DNA of 62,731 nt, counting the filler, from Candidatus Rokuibacteriota bacterium (GTDB taxonomy: Bacteria; JAUVQV01; DATDCY01), in the NCBI GenBank assembly GCA_031406795.1. It is 4 parts of 4 records of this genome, joined end to end, with 100 filler letters (N's around TTAATTAATTAA, not from the genome) between each part and the next. Parts side by side here need not be neighbours in the genome. Positions count along the whole stretch, not along the records: positions 1 to 11,933 come from JANOHV010000255.1; positions 12,034 to 24,233 come from JANOHV010000092.1; 2 more parts are not named here. One strand, 5' to 3'. The position numbers were made by a program, and so were the translations under genes. The notes under the pieces are model-generated. The model did not search any database, was not told the DNA's origin, and worked only from the letters and a program-made list of their open reading frames with translations. Within the stretch, counting starts at the first letter, position 1; each line of letters starts with the position of its first letter. Shown here one piece after another: positions 9,632 to 16,952 of the stretch.

Positions 9632-10804
9632 CTACAGGACTTTGCCGATCCGCTCCACCGCCTCCTCGAGGCGCGACACTTCGACGGACAGTGCGAAGCG
9701 AACATAGCCTTCGCCGTGAGCGCCGAAACCGTTTCCCGGGGTACAGACGACGTCCGCCTTCTCGAGCAGGAGGCCCGAGAAAGACTCCGACGTGTGGCCG
9801 GGGGGGACCTCGCACCAGAGGTAGAAGGAGGCCTGGGGCTTCTTCATCTTGAGGCCGAGCTTGCGCAGCCCGCGGTAGAGGACGTTGCGGCGTTTCTGGT
9901 AGAGCCGGCGCATCTTCTCGACCGGCTTCTGGTCGCCGAGGAGCGCCGCGATCCCCGCGTCCTGCACCGCGCCGAATGCGCCCGAGTCGATGTTGGCCTT
10001 GATGTGTCCGAGCCCCTTGATCACGCTGGCGTTGCCGACGACGAAACCGAGGCGCCAGCCGGTCATGTTGTACGTCTTGGAGAGCGAGTGGAACTCGACC
10101 CCGACTTCCTTCGCACCCGGGGCTTCGAGGAACGAAGGCGGCCTCGCGCCGTCGTAGTACATCTCGGAATAGGCAGCATCGTGGCAGACGACGACGCCGG
10201 TCCGCCTCGCGAAGTCCACGACCTTGCGGTAGAAATCCAGATCGGCCACCGCCGCGGTCGGGTTGTTCGGGTAGTTCAGGAACAGCAGCTTCGCGCGCTG
10301 CAGGGCTTCCTGCGGGATCGCCTCGAGGTCGGGGAGAAAATCGTTCTTCTTCAGCAGCGGCAGCATGTACGGCTCGCCGCCGGCGAGGAGCGTCGCCGCG
10401 CTGTAGACCGGGTAGCCGGGGTTCGGGACGAGCACGACGTCGCCCGGATCGACGAAGGCGAACGGGATGTGCCCGATCCCCTCCTTCGAACCGATCAGCG
10501 TCAGGACCTCCGTCGCCGGATCAAGGATGACGCCGAAGCGCTCCCGATACCACTGCGTGACCGCCGTGCGGAAGGAGAGCTTGCCCGTATAAGAAGGATA
10601 CTGATGGTTCCCCGGTTCGGCGACGGCGGTTTTGCCCTCGCGGACGATGTGCCTGAAGGTCGGCTGGTCGGGGTCGCCGATGGAGACGTCGATGAGGTCG
10701 GCGCCCTTTGCCTTGGCCTCGGCCTTCAGCGCGTCGATGCGGGCGAAGAGATAGGGCGGCAGCTTGGCGAGGTTGCGGGCGAGGCGAGGCGTGAAATCGG
10801 TCAT
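9632..10804 (-). CDS. dapL: LL-diaminopimelate aminotransferase
   Basis: LPPYLFA, IGSKEG, NYPNNPT, DAAY, FHSLSKTYNMTGWR; follows dapA-dapB; GGAG RBS before ATG 10804. Confidence 0.88.
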   Translation of the reverse strand: MTDFTPRLARNLAKLPPYLFARIDALKAEAKAKGADLIDVSIGDPDQPTFRHIVREGKTAVAEPGNHQYPSYTGKLSFRTAVTQWYRERFGVILDPATEVLTLIGSKEGIGHIPFAFVDPGDVVLVPNPGYPVYSAATLLAGGEPYMLPLLKKNDFLPDLEAIPQEALQRAKLLFLNYPNNPTAAVADLDFYRKVVDFARRTGVVVCHDAAYSEMYYDGARPPSFLEAPGAKEVGVEFHSLSKTYNMTGWRLGFVVGNASVIKGLGHIKANIDSGAFGAVQDAGIAALLGDQKPVEKMRRLYQKRRNVLYRGLRKLGLKMKKPQASFYLWCEVPPGHTSESFSGLLLEKADVVCTPGNGFGAHGEGYVRFALSVEVSRLEEAVERIGKVL

Positions 10805-10820
10805 GGGGTCTCCTTGAAGG

Positions 10821-11630
10821 TCATTTAAGGCCGAGCACATCCATCATGTCGTAGAGTCCCGGCACGCGGCCGACGACCCATTTTGCGGCGCGCACCGCCC
10901 CGCGCGCGAAGGTGTCGCGCGAATGCGCGCGGTGCGTGATCTCGATGCGTTCGCCGAGCCCCGCGAAGGTCACCGTGTGGTCGCCGACGATGTCGCCGCC
11001 GCGCACGGCGAAAATGCCGATCTCCTGGGTCGTGCGCTCGCCGACCATCCCCGAGCGCCCCGGCACGGCGACCTTGTCGAGATCGCGACCCAGCGTCTCG
11101 GCGATCACCTGAGCCATCTTCTTCGCCGTTCCCGATGGCGCGTCCTTCTTGAAGCGGTGGTGCGCCTCGACGATCTCGACATCGTACGAGTCGCCCAGCA
11201 CGGCGGCAATATCCCCGAGCACCTTGAAGAGCAGGTTGACCCCGACGCTCATGTTCGGGGCGTAAACAATCGGGATCTTCCGCGCGGCCTTCTCCAGAAC
11301 CGCCACCTGCGCCGCATCCAGACCGGTGGTGCCCAGCACCAGAGCCTTCCCCAGCTGCACGGCCAGCGCGACGTGCCGCAGCGAGGCCTCCGGCGCGGTG
11401 AAATCGATGAGCACGTCCCCGCGGGGCAGGACGAGTTCCATCCGCTCCTCGATCAGGACATCCTCGAGGCGGATGCCGGCCGTGATCCCGGCGTCGCAGC
11501 CGAGCGAAGCGTGCCCCGGGCGTTCGCAGGCCCCGGACAGCGCGATGCCCTGCTGCCCGTCGAGGGCGGCGATGATCCTCTGGCCCATGCGCCCGCCGGC
11601 GCCGGCGACGACTGCGCGAACCTGTTCCAT
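10821..11630 (-). CDS. dapB: 4-hydroxy-tetrahydrodipicolinate reductase
   Basis: GAGGRMG, IDFT, GTTG, EAHHRFKKDAPSGTA. Confidence 0.96.
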   Translation of the reverse strand: MEQVRAVVAGAGGRMGQRIIAALDGQQGIALSGACERPGHASLGCDAGITAGIRLEDVLIEERMELVLPRGDVLIDFTAPEASLRHVALAVQLGKALVLGTTGLDAAQVAVLEKAARKIPIVYAPNMSVGVNLLFKVLGDIAAVLGDSYDVEIVEAHHRFKKDAPSGTAKKMAQVIAETLGRDLDKVAVPGRSGMVGERTTQEIGIFAVRGGDIVGDHTVTFAGLGERIEITHRAHSRDTFARGAVRAAKWVVGRVPGLYDMMDVLGLK

Positions 11631-11641
11631 GTGCATTCCCC

Positions 11642-11933
11642 CTAGCCGCCGAGGAGGCCCGCGGCCCGCAGCACCCCGGCCAGCCGTTCCTGGTTCTTCT
11701 CGCTCATCGGGCACAGGGGCAGCCGGAACTCCGGCGCGATCTTCCCCATCAGCGCAAGCGCGGTCTTGACCGGAATCGGGTTGGTTTCCAGGAACATCGC
11801 GTCCGAGAGCGGCAGCAACCGGTAGTGCGCTTCGCGGGCGGCGCGGTAGTCCCCGGCGAAGAAGGAGTCGACAAGGGTCGCCATCAGGGCGGGCGCCACG
11901 TTCGACACGACCGAGATCACCCCCTTGCCGCCG
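11642..11933 (-). CDS. dapA: DapA, C-terminal part (truncated by contig end)
   Basis: GVISVVSNV...FLETNPIPVKTAL...RLPL. Confidence 0.92.
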
Positions 11934-12033
11934 NNNNNNNNNNNNNNNNNNNNNNNNNNNNNNNNNNNNNNNNNNNNTTAATTAATTAANNNNNNNNNNN
12001 NNNNNNNNNNNNNNNNNNNNNNNNNNNNNNNNN
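11934..12033. other. Artificial contig linker
   Basis: N run with central TTAATTAATTAA (stops in six frames). Confidence 0.98.
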
Positions 12034-12167
12034 CGCACCACGACGTCGAGCTGCACTATGTCGACCCCGGACGCCTGCTCTGCTTCGCCCGGGAGCGGCT
12101 TTCGCCGCGCGTGGTTCTGCGGGAAGACCTCGTTCCCGAGGGACTGCTGCTGTCAGTTTACCGCTGA
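12034..12167 (+). CDS. C-terminal fragment of a CDS, possibly class I SAM methyltransferase
   Basis: Reads HHDVELHYVDPGRLLCFARERLSPRVVLREDLVPEGLLLSVYR*; family call is weak. Confidence 0.4.
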
Positions 12168-12219
12168 TCGAACGGCCGCGGTGGCGGACTCCAAAACCGG
12201 CGCGGGCCGGCGGGGTGCT

Positions 12220-13431
12220 TCAGCGGGACTTGACCCAGCCTGCCAGCCGCCGCGCGGCCTCGTCCAGCGTCTCGTCGCGCTTGCAGAAACAGAAGCGCAC
12301 GAGCGAACGTCCATCCTCCGGGCGTGAGAAGAAACTCGGGCCCGGGACGACCGCGACCCCCGGATCGCGCACCAGCTCCAGCGCGAACGCCGTGGCGTCC
12401 AGCCCGGTCAGCCCGGAGATATCCGCCATGACGTAATAGGCGCCCGACGGCGGAAAGCACCGGAATCCCGCCTGTTCGAGCACCGGCACGAACCGGTCGC
12501 GCTTGGCCCGGTACAACTCGGCGAGGCCGCGGTAGTAGGAGTCCGGGAGCGACAGCGCCGTGATCCCCGCCTCCTGCAGCGGGGCGGCGGCCCCGACCGT
12601 CAGGAAGTCGTGCACCTTGCGGATCCCGGCGGTCAGCGCCGCCGGCGCAATCGCGTAGCCGATGCGCCAGCCGGTCACCGAGTAGCTCTTGCTCAGCCCG
12701 TTGATCGTGATCGTGCGCTCGCGCATCCCCGGCAGCGTCGCGATCAGCACGTGCTCGTGACCGTCGAAGAGGATGTGCTCGTAGATCTCGTCGGTGATCG
12801 CCAGGCAGTCGTGCTCGAGACACAGCGCGGCGATTTCTTCGAGCTCCGCGCGCGAGAAGACCTTGCCGGTCGGGTTGTTCGGCGTGTTCAGGATCACCGC
12901 GCGGGTGCGCGGGCCGAACGCGCGCCGCAGATCGACGGGGTCGTAGGCCCACGACCGCGCGCCACGCTCCCCCGTGATCGGCCGCAGCGGCACGAAGCGC
13001 GGCGTCGCGCCGCAGAGCACGGCGTCGGGGGCGTAGTTCTCGTAGAACGGCTCGAAGACGACCACTTCGTCGCCGGGGTCGACCACCGCCAGCAGCGCCG
13101 CGATCATCGCCTCGGTCGAGCCGCAGGTCACGGTGACCTCGCGCTCCGGGTCGATCTGCATCCCGGTGAACCGCCCGATCTTCGCCGCGAGCGCGTCGCG
13201 GAAGCCCTTCGCGCCCCAGGTGATCGCATACTGGTTGACGTCGCCGCGGATCGCGCGGCAGGCCGCCTCCTTGATCTCGTCGGGGCACGGGAAGTCCGGG
13301 AACCCCTGCGCCAGATTCACCGCGCCGTGCGCCAGCGCGTGCCGCGTCATCTCGCGGATGACGGACTCGGAGAACTGCCGCGCCTTGGCGGAGAGGCGCA
13401 CGGTGGTGGACGAATCCCGCATTGGTTCCAT
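12220..13431 (-). CDS. PLP-dependent class I/II aminotransferase (YbdL/KAT-like)
   Basis: NLAQGFPDF, NTPNNPTG, DEIYE, SKSYSVTGWRIG, VRFCFCK. Confidence 0.9.
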   Translation of the reverse strand: MEPMRDSSTTVRLSAKARQFSESVIREMTRHALAHGAVNLAQGFPDFPCPDEIKEAACRAIRGDVNQYAITWGAKGFRDALAAKIGRFTGMQIDPEREVTVTCGSTEAMIAALLAVVDPGDEVVVFEPFYENYAPDAVLCGATPRFVPLRPITGERGARSWAYDPVDLRRAFGPRTRAVILNTPNNPTGKVFSRAELEEIAALCLEHDCLAITDEIYEHILFDGHEHVLIATLPGMRERTITINGLSKSYSVTGWRIGYAIAPAALTAGIRKVHDFLTVGAAAPLQEAGITALSLPDSYYRGLAELYRAKRDRFVPVLEQAGFRCFPPSGAYYVMADISGLTGLDATAFALELVRDPGVAVVPGPSFFSRPEDGRSLVRFCFCKRDETLDEAARRLAGWVKSR

Positions 13432-13521
13432 GGCCGCGCATTGTACCCCAACGCGCCACCGCGATACACCGGACCGGGCATGACGGCCGCCGCCATCATG
13501 CGCGTCCGGCGACCTCGGCAG

Positions 13522-15048
13522 CTACGCCTCGGGGTCCGCGATGGTCCCCGCCTCGTGCTCCTCGAAAACCTCCTGTATCTGATCGATGCCGAATTCCACC
13601 GACATCGCCAGGTAAACGTGGATCGCCTGCCGGTAGCGCACGGCCTCCGGATCGCGCTTCAGGACTTCCAGGCTCGCGCGCCGCAATCCTTTGAGGGAGG
13701 CGACCAGTTCCTCGACGCGATACCCCTGCCGGTAACGGTGTTCCGCCAGCTCGCGGCAGTAGGCCATGAAACTCCCCTTGGTGCCCGCACGCACCGCCTC
13801 CATCAGGCTGCGGATGAGCAGGCCCGCCTGATACTCGCGTTCCTCGGCCCCCAGCTCGCGGAAGCGGGCCAGGGCGGGGTCCGCCCCCGGCCCCTCGAAA
13901 CAGCGGCGGAATTCTGCGGCGATCTCCTCCGCGTGGCGGCGAAAGAGTCGGAAGACGACGTAATTGGGGCGGATCTGATGATGCTCGAGCGCCTCGGCGT
14001 TGCGGCGCTTCCACTCCACCGGGTCGGAGCGCTTGTTCTCGATCATGTAGGGAACGCGGCTCAGGAGCCCGAGTCGCGGGTGCGGCTCCCACTCGAGAAT
14101 GCGCCGGGTGCGGCTCGCGTCCACCCACAGAAAGGTGTCGATATACCGCGCCATCCAGGGGCGCTCGAAGGGCCGCTCCCCCCGCATCCTGCCAACGAGG
14201 TCGTTGAGCGCCATCCCGGGACCGGCCAGCACGGCCGGGATCAGGATCGGCGTGCGGGGGCGTCCCGCGGCGTAAGTCGTCGCGGCCGTGAACAGCTCCC
14301 GGTGCGAGACGGCCCCGTCGGTGCTTGCGATCAGCGTGAGGGAGCGCTCGAGCACGTCCATCCGTTCAAGGACCCGCAGGACGAAGGACACCGCGTCGCG
14401 CACGTGCAGGTACGGGGTCGAGGTTTCCCCGCGCCCGCCGAGACACCGGGCGTTCCAGGCGTTGGAGAGCCAGGTCTCGAGAAAGAAGTAGAGCGGCGGG
14501 AACTCGCACCAGTCGGAGAAGAGCGCCCCGAAACGCACCGAGACCGTCGGGAAGTCGCGGGAGCGCTCAAAGACCAGCTCCTCCCCGACCCGCTTCGTCC
14601 GGGCGTAGACGTGGTCCCCGTCCGCCGGTGCGTCCTCGTCGAGCGGCGTGCGGTCGCGGCGCACGCGGGCCGCGCCGGCCGAGCTCGCGAAGATGAACCG
14701 CCGCAGGCCGAGGCTCCGGCAGGCGTCCAGCACGTGCCCGAGCCCGTCGACATTCGTGCGCTGGTACTCGGGATCCTCCTCGCCGGTGAAGTCGTAGTAG
14801 GCGGCGAGGTGGATGAACGCGTCGACGCGCCCCCCGGCGCGGATCTCGGCGAAGGTCTCCTCCACCGCGGCGGCGTCGCCGAGGTCGATCTGATGCCAGC
14901 TCATGTTCTCGTGATCGGGGACGTACGCCTCGGCACGGGGCCGTCGGTCGATCCCGACCACCCGCGCCCGGCCGAGAAGAGCCCCGACGAGCCGGCGGCC
15001 GAGAAAGCCGGACCCTCCGGTGACGATGACCCTCGGCAGTGCGCTCAT
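13522..15048 (-). CDS. Extended SDR (NAD-dependent epimerase) fused to a C-terminal helical domain
   Basis: TGGSGFLG, HLAA, YARTK (YxxxK); about 140-aa C-terminal extension. Confidence 0.85.
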   Translation of the reverse strand: MSALPRVIVTGGSGFLGRRLVGALLGRARVVGIDRRPRAEAYVPDHENMSWHQIDLGDAAAVEETFAEIRAGGRVDAFIHLAAYYDFTGEEDPEYQRTNVDGLGHVLDACRSLGLRRFIFASSAGAARVRRDRTPLDEDAPADGDHVYARTKRVGEELVFERSRDFPTVSVRFGALFSDWCEFPPLYFFLETWLSNAWNARCLGGRGETSTPYLHVRDAVSFVLRVLERMDVLERSLTLIASTDGAVSHRELFTAATTYAAGRPRTPILIPAVLAGPGMALNDLVGRMRGERPFERPWMARYIDTFLWVDASRTRRILEWEPHPRLGLLSRVPYMIENKRSDPVEWKRRNAEALEHHQIRPNYVVFRLFRRHAEEIAAEFRRCFEGPGADPALARFRELGAEEREYQAGLLIRSLMEAVRAGTKGSFMAYCRELAEHRYRQGYRVEELVASLKGLRRASLEVLKRDPEAVRYRQAIHVYLAMSVEFGIDQIQEVFEEHEAGTIADPEA

Positions 15049-15064
15049 CGGTGTTCCTTTCCTT

Positions 15065-15120
15065 CCTCGGCGGGGCGTTAAGCCGGGGAGTTTTTCAGCA
15101 ACGCCTTATAAGGGTTGGGC
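15065..15120 (-). mobile_element. Degenerate attC site of the glycosylase cassette
   Basis: GCCCAAC-CCTTATAAGGC-GTTGCTGA...GCTTAAC-GCCCC-GCCGAGG; R' has lost GTT. Confidence 0.55.
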
Positions 15121-15551
15121 AGTTTCCCCTTTTCCCACTCGGCTTGTGCACCCCGCTGTACCCGAAACAACGGATGCGGTTGTGGTCGTTTCACTGTTTC
15201 AAGATTCGCCCGCCATTGCGGATTGCGCACTCTCAGTTTCTCCATCAAATGACTCCATTCAAACTGAAGCTGGCCACGCGTCACATCGGACTGGCCTGAA
15301 GCCCGAGATCGACTGATCTTTCGACTATCAAAATGATAGCCGCGAGTCACCGCCTCAATGTGTACGATTCGCAGATATTCCGCAATGGCGCCGAGCGGTG
15401 AAGGTTGCTTCTGAAACCGAACGAGCTGGGAATGGTTGGCATACCCTCTCGTCTTTCCACTGAGCACTGCCTGAGCAAGAAGTCCTTCTCGCCACAGGGC
15501 AACCAGACCGGGCGGGTCAAGGTACTTCGGATGCAGACTCCAAATGCGCAT
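15078..15551 (-). CDS. Pyrimidine-dimer DNA glycosylase / endonuclease V family (cassette gene)
   Basis: MRIWSLHPKYLD..GLVALWREGLLAQAVL.G.TRGY.NH.QL.RF signature; lower GC than flanks. Confidence 0.85.
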   Translation of the reverse strand: MRIWSLHPKYLDPPGLVALWREGLLAQAVLSGKTRGYANHSQLVRFQKQPSPLGAIAEYLRIVHIEAVTRGYHFDSRKISRSRASGQSDVTRGQLQFEWSHLMEKLRVRNPQWRANLETVKRPQPHPLFRVQRGAQAEWEKGKLPNPYKALLKNSPA

Positions 15552-15573
15552 GGTTGTCGTTTACTCTTCTCGA

Positions 15574-15675
15574 GCACAACGTCGCAATGAATTGTGGGTG
15601 CGCCTTTACACCCGGATTGACAGAGTCCTTGTCCCGATAGCAGCCGTCGGCTCCATTGCCTTATAAGTGTTCGCC
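15574..15675 (-). mobile_element. attC site of the TA cassette
   Basis: R'' GGCGAAC, L'' AATGGAGC+CGAC, L' ATTCATT, R' GTTGTGC; starts 4 nt after the toxin stop. Confidence 0.75.
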
Positions 15676-15679
15676 GGTG

Positions 15680-15961
15680 CTATTTGCTTTTCAAATGTGT
15701 TTTCAAATCTCTGTAGTAATTTTGGTGCGGTCCGATCATTATCAACTCGAGGCTATCACTGCTGAAACGGTACGCAAGAAGATACAATTGGTTCATCAAA
15801 TTAAACTTATGGACAAAAATACCTCTCAGGTCGCCTTTCTTTTCAGTTCCGATAGAAGGATTTTGAATGATCTGATTAATTTCGCTATCTAGTTCTAGTT
15901 TTTCTGCTTTAGTAAGTTTTTGTACTCTTTTTTCAAATGACCTTGATTGATAGATTTTCAT
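15680..15961 (-). CDS. RelE/ParE-like type II toxin
   Basis: 93 aa, basic; IG.EKKGDL.G.FVHKF...LLAY...IGPHQNYYRDLK; AT-rich. Confidence 0.85.
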   Translation of the reverse strand: MKIYQSRSFEKRVQKLTKAEKLELDSEINQIIQNPSIGTEKKGDLRGIFVHKFNLMNQLYLLAYRFSSDSLELIMIGPHQNYYRDLKTHLKSK

Positions 15962-15967
15962 CAGGAA

Positions 15968-16195
15968 TCATCCGAATTGATATTCTGCCTTTTCGTTCTG
16001 ATCCAATTCTTCCAAACCGACCAAGATTTCTCTTATCAGATGGTAGGTTAAATCTGAGTTTTCTTCGGCGCACTTACCGATTGCTGCCCAGTGCTCAATT
16101 TGACCAGTCACCGAACGATGCTCAATCTTGCTGAATTTCCGTGCTTCATTTACCAACAGTTCAGATATTCTCACCGCGGTTGCCATTTTGCCCAC
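15968..16195 (-). CDS. ParD-like antitoxin
   Basis: AVRIS..LV..A......RS..GQIEHWA.IGK.AEEN.DL motif; directly upstream of the toxin. Confidence 0.85.
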   Translation of the reverse strand: MGKMATAVRISELLVNEARKFSKIEHRSVTGQIEHWAAIGKCAEENSDLTYHLIREILVGLEELDQNEKAEYQFG

Positions 16196-16231
16196 CTACT
16201 CTCCCTTTAAGATTTATGCCGTGCGCATAGC

Positions 16232-16257
16232 ATGCAACATTACATTGCATATTGCAA
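16232..16257. promoter_or_regulatory. Probable TA operator/promoter palindromes
   Basis: Overlapping ATGCAA-N7-TTGCAT and TTGCA-TAT-TGCAA about 40 bp upstream of the antitoxin. Confidence 0.55.
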
Positions 16258-16282
16258 CCTATCGTTTCCTTTTGTTCTTTCT

Positions 16283-16342
16283 GGCGAGTAGCGTTTAGCC
16301 GCGGGCGTGACCGTCATCTACAACGCCTTATAAGGGTCAGGT
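16283..16342 (-). mobile_element. Short attC site of the quinone-reductase cassette
   Basis: ACCTGAC-CCTTATAAGGC-GTTGTAGA-TGAC...GCTAAAC-GCTAC-TCGCC; arms nearly identical to the attC at 24453. Confidence 0.7.
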
Positions 16343-16938
16343 GATACTTTGGAATATCGCTCTGAAATTATGCACGAGATTTCGGCAAGCCAGGTTTTCC
16401 GTTCAGTCTCGGTGCTGGTCACGACAACACCAAAGGTTCTCCGATAGAAATCACTCACCCCGCAGAGATCGAATATGCAGTTCTTCCAGATGAGTTCCAA
16501 GGGGTCTCCAAATACGGACTGCTCTCTTTCTGCATTGGTGTTTGATGTATTGAAAACAGTGGCCGACCGAGCATTCAGGAGACCTCTTGGGACGCCTTCT
16601 CCCTTGTCCCCTTCAATGAACTCGTATGCAACCCCAGGTCGAATTACTCGATCAACCCATCCCTTTAAAATGGCTGGGGGTTGCCCCCACCAATTTGGGT
16701 GAATGATGACAATCCCTGAGGCGGTCGATATTTCGGAACAGTGCTTTTCAATATCAGGGGACAATGTGACATCCTTGGGAAGCTCGCCGACCGGCAAAAC
16801 ACAGTCGAACCGCTCTGCGTACAAGTCATGGAAATTGACCTTGTGGCCGTTTGCTTGGAGGACAGCAACGCAAGTAGATGCAATGGCGTGGTTGAAACTG
16901 CCGTTATCGGGGTGTGCTAGAACTACTGAGACCGCCAT
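16318..16938 (-). CDS. Flavodoxin-fold NAD(P)H-dependent oxidoreductase (cassette gene)
   Basis: LAHP...SFNHA, HDLY, HPNWWGQPPAILKGWVDRV; start trimmed to MAVSVV. Confidence 0.85.
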   Translation of the reverse strand: MAVSVVLAHPDNGSFNHAIASTCVAVLQANGHKVNFHDLYAERFDCVLPVGELPKDVTLSPDIEKHCSEISTASGIVIIHPNWWGQPPAILKGWVDRVIRPGVAYEFIEGDKGEGVPRGLLNARSATVFNTSNTNAEREQSVFGDPLELIWKNCIFDLCGVSDFYRRTFGVVVTSTETERKTWLAEISCIISERYSKVSPDPYKAL

Positions 16939-16952
16939 CTCTTCGGCATGCT

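Noticed and set aside
11934-12033. Three TTAATTAATTAA repeats within N runs, and ORFs crossing them
   Set aside because: Artificial contig linkers; order across them is not evidence of linkage.
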